From positions 141,422,001-141,486,000 of the forward strand of contig OX597814.1 in the NCBI GenBank assembly GCA_951406725.2: DNA of 64,000 nt. Reading direction: 5' to 3'. Positions 39,384 through 53,730 of the stretch are shown one piece after another. The notes beneath the pieces were generated by a model that did not search any database, had not been told where the DNA came from, and worked only from the letters and a program-made list of their open reading frames with translations. This stretch comes from Octopus vulgaris (lineage: Eukaryota). The first letter of the stretch is position 1. The number at the start of each line of letters is the position of its first letter. Position numbers and translations under genes: made by a program.

Positions 39384-39839
39384 TTTCTAAGTTAACATGA
39401 TGTTTGACATTGTTTCTATGAAAAGTAAGGTAAAAATAAAACTATGTTAGAAGGAAGAGCTTTTGAAAGAGGTGCCTCATCACAACTGATGAATCTTAGA
39501 GAGAGATAGAGATAGAGATAGAGAGGGATAGAGAGGATGAGGGAGAGGGAGAGAGAGATTGAAGTTCTCTTCAGTTTCGATCACAAATTTTTTAATTATT
39601 TCTTTTTAACTAAACTGTTTGAAACTTCGTATACTGGTGTAATTTCTCACGTTGAATACGGTTTACATTTGAACATTTTTGACAAAATTTCTTATTTTAG
39701 AATTTATTTCGTGTTAAAGTTGTCGTATCTGGGTAATTTTACCCAATCAATGACATTTCTTCAGCTGAAGAAAGTTACTACTGTTTGCGGAAGTAATCGA
39801 ACAGCAACAACTTCCGGGTCATCTCTACTAAATGTGACG

Positions 39840-40680
39840 GCATGCTGAAGTAACCGGAAGTGGTAAAGAGGTTGCCCTAGGCATGAGTGACAAGAGGGAC
39901 AACTGTGAGCCTGGTATATGTGTGTGTGCATGTGTGAGTGCGTGTGCATGCGTGCGCGTATGTATGAAACTACTGGGTGCGTGTGTGCTGTGTGTGTTTA
40001 TAATGTGTACGCGTCCTTGTTTTTTGTGTGACTATGTATGTGTATCCTTGTCGGAGTGTGTATGAGGCTGTATGGCATATGTGTGTGTGAAAGTGTGTGC
40101 GAATAAAATTTATTGTGTGCCTGCCTACTGTGTGATCGTGTGTGTGCGTGTGTGTGTGTTATTTTCTGTTTCTATGTATGTGCATATGAGGTTGTTTTGT
40201 ATGTCATACTGGAAGGACGTGTAGGTGAAACAGAGGTAGCAGCAGTTGTAGGTGTTGAGAAGTATAGGTGTGTTATATACTATACTGGTTACTATGGATA
40301 TATCATGCGGGACTGTAATGAAATATGGGTGCTAGTATGCGTGAAGTGAGAAATAGGTGTGTGTGTCTGTGTGTGTATGTGTGTAAGTGTGTAGGTGTAT
40401 GTGTATTTAGTTCAAATGTATTAGAGTGTGTGTATGGTGTTGAGTACTTGTGAATAGACCAAGCACCGGCGTGGACAGCTTCGGTGACTGTGGAGGGGAG
40501 GTATGCTCGTTGAATGGAGTGGAGAGCTATGAGTTGGGACTGTGTCTCCAAGTTGTGGTCGTCACTACAGATCCGATGGAGAAGCAGGATCTTAGAGTAA
40601 GAGATGGACAATCTTTATTGCCTTTAGTTCAAAACTCGATAACGTCGTGTTGCTTCTGCCTGCAACCTATCATTTAGCGG
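39840..40680 (-). mobile_element. Penelope-like element remnant: RT C-terminal motif plus CA-rich tract
   Basis: SISYSKILLLHRICSDD..QRAYLP resembles Penelope SIPYSQxLRxRRICS..RGYP; CCACTTCCGG.TACTTCAG-type motif shared with about 58423. Confidence 0.7.
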
Positions 40681-41005
40681 CAATGAAGAACAGGAAAAAC
40701 TGCTCTTACAACACGTGTAATTTGAACGACTAATTTCAGATACTTTCGGGTCTTCAGTACTTATTTTCTAAATTTCAGATTTCAAAAAGCTTTTTTCGTT
40801 TTAATTAAAATTTCCATGCTAAAAGTATTAGCAAATGTTTGGTTGAACTTAAATATTTCATGAAAGCAAAATGATTGCGGATACATTCAACTTAGGCTAA
40901 ACAACTATAACAACAATAACAAATAGCAACAACAGCAACAACAACAGCAACAACATAAAAACGCATATTTTATGCAGTAGTTTCTCAGTATTATTTCATA
41001 ACTTA

Positions 41006-41238
41006 AGGCGACGAGCTGGCGGAAACGTTAGCACGCCGGGCGAAATGCGTAGCCGTATTTCGTCAGCCGTTACGTTCTTAGTTCAAATTCCGCCGACGTC
41101 GACTTTGCCTTTCATCCTTTCGGGGTCGATTAAATAAGTACCAGTTACGCACTGTGGTCGATATAATCGATTTAATCCGTTTGTCTGTCCTTCTTTGTCC
41201 CCTCTGTGTGTAGCCCCTTGTGGGCAGTAACGAAATAA
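41006..41238 (+). mobile_element. SINE family B, reference copy (core resembles the Nin/Deu-type SINE domain)
   Basis: GGCGACGAGCTGGCGGAAACGTTAGCACGCCGGG..GTTCAAATTCC..GCCTTTCATCCTTTCGGGGTCGATTAAATAAGTACCAG. Confidence 0.88.
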
Positions 41239-41295
41239 GAACGCCGGGCAAAATTCTTACCGGTATTTCGTCCATCTTCACATTCTGAGTTCAAA

Positions 41296-42214
41296 ACAAA
41301 TGAAATCCAAACTAAAAATAGAACAGCAACGAACCATGATAAAACGATGGCAAGAAAAGCCCCTTCATGGTAAATACTGGACTAAACTAAACGCAAAAGA
41401 AATAGACAAAGAAAAATCCCAGCAATGGTTGAGAAGCTCAGGACTCAAAGCAGAGACAGAGGGATTTTTAATTGCAGCATAAGACCAAAGCCTCCCCACC
41501 AGAAATTACCAAAAACATGTAATGAAAAGAAATATAACTAGTAACTGCAGAATATGTGGAGATGGACAAGAAACAATAAATCATATTATCTCTGGCTGCC
41601 TAGTCCTGGCTAAGAAGGAATACATTCACAGACATGAAAGAGTTGGAACCTACATATACTGGAAGCTATGCCAACATTATGGAATAATAACAGAAAAAAG
41701 ATGGTATAGGCACACACCAGAAAAGGTCACAGAAAATGAGAAAGCAACCATACTCTGGGATATGCCGATACACACAGATAGAGAAATTAAGGCCAACAGA
41801 CCAGATATAGTTGTCAGGGATCATGAAGAAAAAAAAATGCTTTCTAATTGATGTATCAATACCGGCAGATGACAACGTGTCTCTAAAAGAAATGGAGAAA
41901 CTTTCAATATACAAAGACCTGGAAATAAAGGTAACCGGAATGTGGAATCTAAAAACAGAAACAATTCCTATCATAGTAGGTGCATTAGGCATGATAAAAA
42001 AATATTCAGACAAATACATAACAAAAACACCAGGACTTACAAACACATATAACATACAGAAAATTGCACTACTAGGCACTGCACACATCCTTCGCAGAAC
42101 ACTTTCCATACAATAACCATCAGAGCATCACAACTAATCACAGCACATACCCAAGGCACACAGAGCTGCGCTCGGTAGTGAAGTGAAAGCACGCTATAAA
42201 AAATAAAACTACTG
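41296..42214 (+). mobile_element. 5'-truncated R4/Dong-like non-LTR retrotransposon with restriction-like endonuclease
   Basis: KPLHG, ETEGFLIAA*DQSL, CRICGDGQETINHIISGC, ILWD, RPDIVV, LIDVSIP, EKLSIYKDL, IPIIVGALG; one stop and one poly-A frameshift near 41835; directly followed by (AAT)n. Confidence 0.9.
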
Positions 42215-42239
42215 AATAATAATAATAATAATAATAATG

Positions 42240-42309
<70 letters not shown>

Positions 42310-42325
42310 TGATGATGATGATAAT
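42215..42325. repeat. (AAT)n microsatellite, probable target of the R4/Dong-like element
   Basis: Direct reading. Confidence 0.95.
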
Positions 42326-42425
42326 AAAACAGTTATAATGATTTCGGATTTGTTTTCAGATATTCATTCCTCTGCTTTTATAATAACCAGACGAAAAAAA
42401 TTTTCTTCACATCTGCTCGTAGTAC

Positions 42426-42474
<49 letters not shown>

Positions 42475-42729
42475 CTACACAGACCACACAATGGCATTTC
42501 ACTTTGTAAATATCATGTTCGTGCTTCCGTGAAGCCCGAAAAAGGAAAAGAAAAAGAAAGCATGAAAGAAAAGGAAGGAAGGAGGGAAGAAGGAAAGAGA
42601 GAAAGAAAAGAAGAAGAATGAACGAAAGGAAGTGAGAAAGAAGTGAGGGGAAAACAAAGGAGATTACGATTTGCTCATGTTTTCTCTTATATTTCGCAAA
42701 AAATATTTTTGAATTTGTTAAATGTTTTT

Positions 42730-42764
<35 letters not shown>

Positions 42765-42883
42765 AAGACTGACACATTCATTTATACATACAAACACACG
42801 ATTATATACGATGTATGTATATGCATATATGCACATATACATATAAATATGCATATATGTGTGCGTATATATATGTCTGTATA

Positions 42884-42995
<112 letters not shown>

Positions 42996-43449
42996 GTTAG
43001 ATTGATAGACAGATAGATAAACACATACATATAAGAAATGTACTGATTTACTCACGCATGCAAACGCACAGATGCACAAAAGATTCAAAAGATCTTTTCC
43101 TTTTCCGTAGCCAGCCATACTTCGATTTATTCAAACGGTATAAATGATATTGATATCATTCATAACATAATATTTTGAATATAAATCTTTTAAAAAAAAA
43201 AAAAAGTAATCCATTTCCTCTTATTTTCATAGGTTGTTATTATGTTGCAAGATTAACAACTCTTCAGCAATCACAACGCAAACAATATCAAATGAGTTTT
43301 CTAATACTTAACAAAGTTAAAATGACAATATCAATAACGAAAAAGATTGAATATGTCGGAGGGAAATGCATGTGTTTACTTTTACATTTCCCTCGGGGTT
43401 TTCTCATTCTCTGTTTGTTTGTCTGTCTGTTTGTCTATCTGTTTATCTA

Positions 43450-43546
<97 letters not shown>

Positions 43547-44191
43547 ACATATACATGTGTGTGTGTGTCCATCTAACTATCCATCGACCGATCTATCTAT
43601 CCGTCTGTCAGTGTGACTTCCTGTCTGTCTGTGTGTTTGTCTGTCTGTCTGATAGTCTCATGTTGTTTGCTTAGAAATAACTATACAGAATGACGCGAAC
43701 ATAAATACAGCAACACTGCCTTACAATGTAAAATATAAACTAGACTGAAGGTGACTCATTGAATTAACCTGTTTATTAGCTAGTGTTCGAACATTGACAT
43801 GTGCCCTCACAGTCATCCGCATACAGAACTGGCATAACACGTCGGGCTTCTAAATTACGCGTGAAATTCACCCGATAGGCTTCCGAACAATTTCCCCTTT
43901 CTAGTTTCATTCTCAAAACTTCAGTTGATCTGAGACTGTGGTAACAGAAAAACACTTACCCAAGAAGCCACGTAGTGGGCTAGAACTCTGTAATTCGAGG
44001 TTGCAACCCAAACTCCTTAACTACTCGGCCATGCTGGCCATGTAGATATAAATGGAGGCAGGCACGACCGCAAGATTAAAAATTTCACTTACTCGATTCG
44101 ATCTCACTACTCTGTACAGTGCCGCTGATTTTTATTATGTCCACATGTACTTTGTCAGTGGATTTGGTTGAGGGATAAATATGCAGAAGCT

Positions 44192-44231
<40 letters not shown>

Positions 44232-44400
44232 TGTGTACGCGCACGTGTGCATGCATGAGGTGGGGTTGGAAAGGTGGGGTTGGAAAATTCCTGGCTTTAA
44301 TGGTATCGCGAAAGGCCTGGCTGGAGGCCCAACCTTCCGAGTTATTTTACAGAGCTTATGTATGTATGTATGTATGTATGTATGTATGTATGTATGTATG

Positions 44401-44435
<35 letters not shown>

Positions 44436-44587
44436 GCACACATATTGAAAACCCCACTAGAATGGGAGAAAGCGCTAATAATCTGAATGATATGATCTGA
44501 ATGATATGATATATATATGTAAAAAATGTAATATATAAATAAATATCTATAAATATGAACCATCCGATCTTCTGATTACCTCATTTC

Positions 44588-44693
<106 letters not shown>

Positions 44694-45335
44694 TGTATAT
44701 ACATATATATATATATATCGTTGCTATTATACAAAAGTATCGTAAGTCCAAAACGTTGCTTTTTCAGAAATCGAAAAAATTGTTTCACCATTCCATAACA
44801 AAAACGTTGTACTACACTTTGATAGTTTTGTGTGTGTGTGTGTAAAAAGTATTTGAAGCGTAAATCATTATAATTTAAGACAGATCTGTAGCCAGCAGCT
44901 TTAATGTTTAGTTACCCTATATTTAGCAAATAAAAAGAAATTAAATTTTAAATATTTATCATGACTCCTCATTGAACGTCTATAAAATTTTCAGTACTAA
45001 AAATGTCTTCTTCAGCTAGAGTTTTGAACACCTAGACATCAATAATTTCTTCAAATATGACTCCATTTAAAGTTTTTTTCTCTCTTCTGTTCTGCCTCTT
45101 TTCTGAACGACCACATTTAAGATGGCGATGCTGACAGAATAGCTCAGCGAGATTCGCGTTTGTTTTGATAATCTGATTTCAATTAAAATGTCGTAGAGGA
45201 ATAGTTTTAAAAAACTAACAAAACCAAAGAACTTTCATAATCAGAAACCTGAGTGTGTCGACATTTTTATTGATATACGCGTGGTAGAAGTCACTTACTG
45301 GCTTTATCGTGAAGTTTCTTAACATGGAGGTTCAC

Positions 45336-45416
<81 letters not shown>

Positions 45417-45526
45417 AATATCTCCATTTTGTCTATCTACCTATGGGGTGTGTGCGTGTGTATATATATATATGTATAGTATATGTGTATATATATATAT
45501 ATATGTATATTATATGTACGTATATA

Positions 45527-45562
<36 letters not shown>

Positions 45563-45620
45563 TAGATAGATAGATAGATAGATATGTGTGTGTGTATGTA
45601 TATACATATATGTATATATA

Positions 45621-45651
<31 letters not shown>

Positions 45652-45656
45652 GCATG

Positions 45657-45733
<77 letters not shown>

Positions 45734-45837
45734 CACATATTTCGCCTCTTAATGTACTGATATATGAATAATATATGGCCCGTGCTAGTTTCACCAGCGA
45801 TAATAATTAATTTTATTTTATCGCAATTTGACTTGTT

Positions 45838-45869
<32 letters not shown>

Positions 45870-46005
45870 TAAATGCCAAAACTAATTTCTGTGTGTCAGT
45901 ATGTCACACTTAGACCCCCTCTCTCACTATTCAATGACACTCCTACTATTCCTCGTGATGGGGTGGGAGTAATAGTAGGCATAGAGATGGTTATGGCGGT
46001 GGCGG

Positions 46006-46055
<50 letters not shown>

Positions 46056-46181
46056 GGTATGTGAGAGAAAGTGGGAGATGATGTACAACTTGTTTGACCA
46101 TGTCTCTTTGACTGAAATTCCTGTCGCCAACGTACTGAACACAATCGTTTTTGCTTTATCTTTTGCTTTCCTTAATACTCG

Positions 46182-46262
<81 letters not shown>

Positions 46263-46298
46263 TTTAATTGATATAAATTTTCCCCAAAATGAAACGTG

Positions 46299-46571
46299 TC
46301 TAATATAATAAATGTGAATGTCAGTCCAACATATACCATTTGGAATCAGGCTATGTGAGTAAATTAAAAACATTCCGGGTCGAATCCGAACCTGCAAACC
46401 TGAAATCTTAGATTCCTGTGTTTTCATCACTGCGATTGTTTACGGCGATTTTTTTTTACATGATATAACTCTGGAGGAAGCGATTGCAATAAATTCTCCA
46501 AAACAAGTCAGAGATGTGTTTGCAGATCTTCCCATTCGGGGACAGTTACGATCGGGCGACTTTTAAGCTAG
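46299..46571 (+). mobile_element. Possible non-autonomous Helitron remnant
   Basis: 5' TCTAATATAATAAATG, 3' CTAG followed by T, internal peptide HDITLEEAIAINSPKQVRDVFA like Helitron TL.EA...SP.QLR.LFA. Confidence 0.4.
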
Positions 46572-47995
46572 TATGTATATATAAACAATACTTTACAAAA
46601 TTAATTTTTTAAGCCAAAATAATTCATTCACAAGACTGTATGATGAGTCGCAATGGGGTTAATGGACAAAGTTCCAGCCCTCTTCGTTAAGTAGTTGTGA
46701 GTTCGTATATTCATAATGTCATTAAATTGTGCTTGTTCTTAGGAAAGACAGTGAACTTCTCCAGTTCCATTTATCTCACACAAGACTATATTAAACGATA
46801 TAAGCGTTTAAATTTTAAATGGTTTGGAGATGCTTCACCTAATTGAACATTAATGAAATATTGCCCTTTTGCTTATTATTGTTAAATATTTCCTGACAGT
46901 GTAGTTTGTAGTAGCAGATAGATAATCAATAGAATAATCATATATGATCAATTTATCGGTTTTCTATTTTGACTATGTCGTTTTTCATTTTCATTTTACT
47001 GTACAGAATACCACATACTCACCATATATTCGTCTGCATTACGCACAGGCAACCTTATTCGAAAAGCGGGTCGCATGAGACATAGTTCAGCATTAGGTGG
47101 GCTGCACTACTATAAAGAAAAATCAAGATAATTTTTTTGTTAGGTATGCCATTCAGAAAGTCCTGCGGGTTTGTTCTTGACTAGTCCTTGACAGAAAGAC
47201 CTGCAGGTTTGTCCTTGACTGGTCGCACTGTCTGAATGAAATAGCAATCAAATCCAACTCATATTACACTCTGATGCTTTAAAAAGGCCAGAGCAAATTG
47301 GATAGTACTAGAACCGCTAGCATCTCATACAAAGAAAAGAGAAACAACATTGAAAAACAAACAAAAAGGATGCCATCAACTGGAACGCTGTCGATCATAA
47401 ATCACCTTGGTTAAGCGACAAGAATAACAATACAACAACAACAACAACGACACTAACAAAACAGCAATAAAACAGTTAAGTGTAGGTCGTATAGTATTGT
47501 GGTAGATGGTTATAGACAACCTATATGTGATCGAACGTTCTGGTATGTGTCCTCAGAGAAAACAATCAGTGTGTTGTAGTTTTATTGACTTTTTCAGTAG
47601 ATACAATTAAGATCACAAAACATTAAGGACTTGTCTGGTCATCGATGCTACGCTAATCATTAGTTTGGTAGCTAATAGATCAATAAGCAACGGTTAAATA
47701 GCTAATTCTGAAGCTGGGGATATCAAAGCAGTCACTCGTGCTGCAAGAAATTGCAGCCATACGTCACTCAAGTGACATTCAACGGTATAGAAAAAAAAAT
47801 AGAGGATACATAAGAATGCATAATTTTCAGGATAAAGAACTGAGATTGTCACGGGTAGAAAGACTTTAATCGAAGGATTGAACTGGCAGAGTCGTTAGCA
47901 CGCCGGCATTTTGTCCATCTTTACGCTTTGAATTCAAATTCCGCGGAGGTCGACATATCTATAAACAGATGAATGTGTGTGTGTGTATATATATT

Positions 47996-48125
47996 AGGCA
48001 CAGGCATGGCTGTGTGATAAGAAGCTTACCAACCACATGGTTCTGGGTTCAGTCCAACTGCGTGGCATCTTCTACTATAGCCTCGGGATTTGGATTTGGT
48101 AGACAGAAACTGAAAGAAGCCCGTC

Positions 48126-48191
<66 letters not shown>

Positions 48192-48467
48192 ATCACGTGA
48201 CCGACCAGGCTATCAGACGTTGCTACACATCGCTGGTCACGATGCGCTTTGCATTGTTTTAGCCTTCAAATGACGCCACTCCGCTGGCTAAACGAGCAAG
48301 CCAACAGAAGAAAGGGTGAGAGAAAGTTGCGGCGAAAGTGTATAGCAGGGATCGCCACCACCCACTGCTAGAGCCTCGTGGAGCTCTAGGAGCTCTAGGT
48401 CTGGGAATCGAAACCGCGGTCCCACGACCGCGAGTCCGCTTCCCTAACCACTGGGCCATTGCGTTTC

Positions 48468-48510
<43 letters not shown>

Positions 48511-48710
48511 GGGGGGTTGTATTTGTGCTTGACAACCGATGTTGATGTATTTACGTCCCCGTAACCTAGTGGTTCGACAAAATAGACCGATAGAATAAGT
48601 ACTAGGCTTACAAAGAATAAGCCCTGGGGTTGATTTTTTCGACTAAAGGCGGTGCTCCAGCATGACCGCGGTCTAATTAATGAAACAACTAAAAGAATAA
48701 AAGAATACAT
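47996..48710 (+). mobile_element. SINE family A split at its central (TA)n by another SINE
   Basis: Head at 47996-48127, tail at 48525-48710. Confidence 0.85.
48186..48470 (-). mobile_element. tRNA-derived SINE (family E) nested in (TA)n
   Basis: Minus strand A-box TGGCCCAGTGG, B-box GGTTTCGATTCCC; 3' end TCACGTGATCACGTGA. Confidence 0.85.
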
Positions 48711-49464
48711 ATATACGAACGCATACATGTAAATATATATCATTAATTCGTTAACGTCTCTACAAGAAAATGACATTATTATTTTAACAGCGAAAGTTAT
48801 AGCTTAAGTTCAACGAAGACGAATACTGCATTCTTCTCCACATTACTCATATAAATCACGTTAGACTGGATCAGTGAACTTTACAAAGGTCATCGATATC
48901 AGCTATAGAAGCAACGATGCAGCAAATAGATTAGACTTCTTGTCGACAGACAAATGGTGATTTAGTACCCCGTGATGTTTTATTCTCTACAATGTCTTGG
49001 TCAGTCAATTCAGAGATTAGTAATGGCGTCACTTTATTAAAGATTAAGATATTGGAGATCCAACAGAAATATAATCATTTAGTGGCAGCTGACAATTCTT
49101 TATTTTGTTTTGTTGTGTTTCCTATTAATTCTCGCCTTCCATTTACTTTTGAACTCATTCGTACATATGGTGACGTTCATATACACATATAACCACCCAC
49201 GCACACATGCTCATATATCGTACGTATATAATTGTCCTCGTTGAGATGAAGTACGCAATACCCAGAGTGAAGTGGGTATAAATTATTTATTTATTTATTA
49301 AAAATGGCTGTTACAAGAGAGTTCTTCTGAGGTTTAGTAACTGATGAATCAATAAATATATATATACGTGTATATATCTGTATGTATATATATTATACAT
49401 GCATGCATGCATGCATACATACATACATACATACATACATACATACATACATGTATACACACAC

Positions 49465-49507
<43 letters not shown>

Positions 49508-49544
49508 CACATATGCATAACACACACACACACACACATATATA

Positions 49545-49549
49545 TATAC

Positions 49550-49592
<43 letters not shown>

Positions 49593-50362
49593 GCGTAAGA
49601 ATACGTCCGAGAGGCATATAGCTTACAGACAATCTCTACTCTATTTTATACGTTTTGAGGCCATTAACAACCGCTTGTCTCTCTTTTGTTGTACTGTTCT
49701 CGTATTTATTGACAAAATTTATCATTCATTTATAAGTGTATTTGTAGACTTATGTTGTCAATACCCTGTAAGTATATTTTCAGACTAATGCTATTATCCA
49801 TATATATATACATGCATATATGGGTACAGGACGTCACCAACGGTGCAAATAACATACAGGCGAGAGACAGATACAAGTCGTGGACAGTGATTACAGGACA
49901 AAAGCGAGTGAAATACGTAAACAACTAGAAAAAATGGAGAACAAGACAAGTTAACATAGAGAAAGGACCCTTCATCAGTTGCCGGCTGTCTATATACTCC
50001 TCATTTCGAGCATTCAAACGACAATATAAATCGTCAAAGACAGTGGAGACATACAAGTGGAGACATACAAGGAAATCGAGCGAAAACAGACATGGAGGGG
50101 CGTTTGACCAGAACGAGAAGAATAGTGACCCCCACCCCTATATATATTATATAATAAAGGATAAAATCATTCATGATTTTATCAGGAAAATAAAAACCTT
50201 ATAGGTAAATTTTCCCAATATTATATTGCTAATTTCATACATAATTATAACAAGGGATTGGCAATACGCCTCTCTACGCTTTTTGCCAATCCCTTGTTAT
50301 AATTATGTATATAACTATTACTATTATAATTATGTATATAATTCTTAATATAATATAATAAA

Positions 50363-50395
<33 letters not shown>

Positions 50396-50412
50396 GTATA
50401 TATATATATATA

Positions 50413-50458
<46 letters not shown>

Positions 50459-50570
50459 GCGTAAGAATACGTCCGAGAGGCATATAGCTTACAGACAATC
50501 TCTACTCTATTTTATACGTTTTGAGGCCATTAACAACCGCTTGTCTCTCTTTTGTTGTACTGTTCTCGTA
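49545..50570. repeat. Local direct duplication, 49545-49704 and 50410-50570
   Basis: GTAATGCGTAAGAATACG...TGTTCTCGTAT is identical in both copies, each preceded by (TA)n(TG)n. Confidence 0.92.
50237..50310. repeat. Perfect 28-bp hairpin with 18-nt loop
   Basis: ATACATAATTATAACAAGGGATTGGCAA and TTGCCAATCCCTTGTTATAATTATGTAT. Confidence 0.92.
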
Positions 50571-50619
50571 TATATATATACACACAATTAGATGAACTGA
50601 GGTAGGAATAAAAGTAATA

Positions 50620-50770
50620 ATTATGATTAAGGGTATCTAAGAGATACCACCATGCTCGAAATAGCAGTCAAAACCTGACCATAAAACCGCATCATGATGT
50701 CGTTTTAGAGTCAGGTTTTGGCTACTATTTCAAGTATGGCGGTAACTCTTAGATATCCTTATTTATGATT
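50620..50770. repeat. Imperfect palindrome of about 150 bp (MITE-like)
   Basis: Centred on CATCATGATG; one arm is also present at 33342-33412. Confidence 0.85.
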
Positions 50771-52199
50771 TTAATAATAATTATATCCTATAAGGTTTTT
50801 CTTCCCACGCTGGCCACTTGATATGATCGTTATTTTAAATAACTGTCTTATCCTTATATACATGCATGTGTGTGTGTATGAGTGTGTGTGTGTATGCGTG
50901 TATGTGTTTATAAATGTGTGTGTGTATGTATGTGTTTATAAATGTGTGTGTGTATTTGTAGACTTATAATGTCATTTATGTATTACTGCTTGTTTAGATT
51001 ATTGTTGTCAATCCTCTGTAAGGCTAATGTCGCTGGAACCACTCCAGATAGCACTGTTTCTATGATCAGAAAAGCTTGAAAATGTATTTCCTATCCTCTT
51101 TCAACATCATGGACACACATATCAAATAAATAATTTTACATAATGCTTTCTCTACAAACGAGCAACACAAAACTCTAAAAGTCTCCCTAAATGTTAAGTC
51201 TCAAAATCTCAGTCACTCTGATATAAATACAACATTGCCTAAGACCAAGTCTGATTCTTCTCGGGGGTACGAAAAAATTCATATCTGCCCACTCACTCAC
51301 ACATTCTGTCAAAGCTTAGGTGTGATCTGCATTAAATTTCTGGGAGAGTATGACCTGTTATACACGTAAATTTCGAAGAATTTCTATCAAAAACGCAGAA
51401 AAAAATAAAAGATCATTCAGTTAGTTATCGAAGAGTCAATCTCTAACACAAATCACAGACTCACATATGCTGTATCTCCTCTCGATCTCTCTATCATCAC
51501 TACAGTGATTACTGCTCTACTAGACCAGTAAATTGTACTGCATGTCATTTCTGCCCACTCACTCACACATTCTCTTACAATCTCTAGAGCGCCGAGTTGG
51601 CAGAGTCATTACAGCGTTGGATTGACTGTCTCAAGGTATTTGTTCCGATTCTTTTCACCTCGTGTTCAAATCCTGTCCAGTCCAACATTGCCTTACATTA
51701 TTTTGAGGTTGATAAACAAACATCAACCCAAGGTAGGAGATTGTTATGTACTGTTAAGCGTCTTGCAGAATATGTTACGGTTCTTTGCGTTCTGACTCTG
51801 ATGCTAAACTGTGTCGGCGGCCTTGCACTTGGATAGTATCGGTGACCTAGAGAAGGGAGATTTGCATGCACGGACAAGTGTCAGTCATCCTCAAATACGC
51901 TTGCCCAAGTCTGCACATACAAGTGCAGATGAACTGTCAATCATGACAGGAGCCGCCGTCCACTCAACCTTCTTCCTCCTCTCTCCAAGCGCTTTGTTCA
52001 AACGTTTCTCCTCAGATTTGCAACTCTTCAGAATTGCCACTATATTTACATCTTCCCTTACCAGCATAAACTTAGAGAAGTTCAAGCTGAGCGCCAACAC
52101 TTCTCCCCTTCCTGTATTTTCTTTCTTTCATGTTCTCATCATCGACGACGACAACGATGAAATGATATTTAAAAAATAAATAAACATAAGAGACTTCTC

Positions 52200-53730
52200 G
52201 ATTTTCTTCTTCAATGATTCTGAGATGTCAGTGTTCAGACTAGCGGAAGAATGAGTTCTTTCTTTATAACGATTGATAAGATTCTGTGTGTAGGAGGAAC
52301 AATTATTCTTATAATGAAGACGATTTTAACTTTGATATCAGTCATATAAAGAGCTAGAGGAATCTCATTCATCCAACAATCACTCCGATTGCTTTTCCAT
52401 AACGAGGCAGACATTGATAATATTTCAAACAACATTTGAGATTAATTGTTAAATACCTTTAAAATGCGATTCCGTGATTCTATGGAAACTTTAAATACAC
52501 CACTCCTAAACATAAAATTTTGGAGAAGCCACTAGTCGATTTCAACGATCCAAGCGCTCCATGGTACGTATTTTATCGATCCCAAAAGGAAAAATGGTAA
52601 AGTCGAGCTCAGCGGAATTTGAATCCAGAACGTAAAACCGAAAGAAATGCAGCTCAGAATTTTGTCCGGCGTATTAATGATTTTTCCAGTTCGCCGCCTT
52701 CACCACTTCCGAAACATTAACATGCAATGATATCATGATATTTGGTGTATGAGAAGAGTGAAATGAATAATAAAAAGGTTCTCAGGTTCTCCGATTTCAG
52801 AAATCAAGAGCTATTAATATACATACATACATGTATGTGTATGTGTGTGTGTATGTGTATACACACACATGCATAAAAAACTCTCTCTCTCTCTCACTCA
52901 CACACACACGCACACACATGCACACACACACACACACACACACACAAACTCTCTCTTTCACACACACACTCACATTCGAACACTTACTTTTTCTCACACA
53001 CACATATGTTTTCTTTTCGTTTATAATTTTGTCACAACTGTACATTGGTTGTACACACTTATATTACATTCAAAGCAGTTTCGTGCGTCTCTAGATAATC
53101 AATTTCAGCTTGACAATACTTTGCTCAGACCAGCAAATGTACAATTTGGTGTTTTATATGTAAAAACAAACTGTTTTCATAGGAATATGAACGACAGATT
53201 TGATGTCAATATCTGGCGAAGGGTAATGATACATAAACTCGTGCTTCCTACGGTCAATGATGCCATTCATAGCCCAATGACATGTTTTCACTCTTTTTGT
53301 CTATGAAGGGAACTTTCTCATGAGGATATTTCTGCATCGACAGGTCTTCCCGCGTCCGAGTATACACGAACTAGTTACATAAAATTATACACGTTCATAT
53401 ATATAATTTAGTGTAGAAATGCACTTACAGTTGAATACTAATATGAGTCTACAGATATTTATATATGAAGGACAATATTAGTCTACAAGCATGCATTTGC
53501 TTTTGAAGTAATTGCATTGCTTTTTGACTCGCCCACAGAAAAAGACCGCTTTTTCTGTGATCTTAAATGAAGGCATTGACCTTTTAGCGTATTGCTGGCT
53601 GCTGGTCACTAATTGATTAGATCCAATTCGTATGTTTTCTTTATATACCGGTATTCTGCATTTCAGTTGCAATTCATCCCAATTCTCGATTTCAATTTTC
53701 ATTTATTTGTGCTAGTTTCGGAGATGTCAT
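52200..53730 (-). pseudogene. Decayed exon-like segments, possibly the N-terminus of a WD40 (WDR87/WDR97-like) gene
   Basis: MTSPKL..IENWDELQLK; acceptor TTCCCTTCATAG then TKRVKTCHWAMNGIID..IKSVVHIP; DCWMNEI..NLINRYKERTHSS; stops and frameshifts present; family similarity is from recollection only. Confidence 0.3.

Noticed and set aside
48400-48470. tRNA gene (also near 22500-22569)
   Set aside because: A and B boxes are present, but the sequence continues into a repeated SINE body with no closed acceptor stem.
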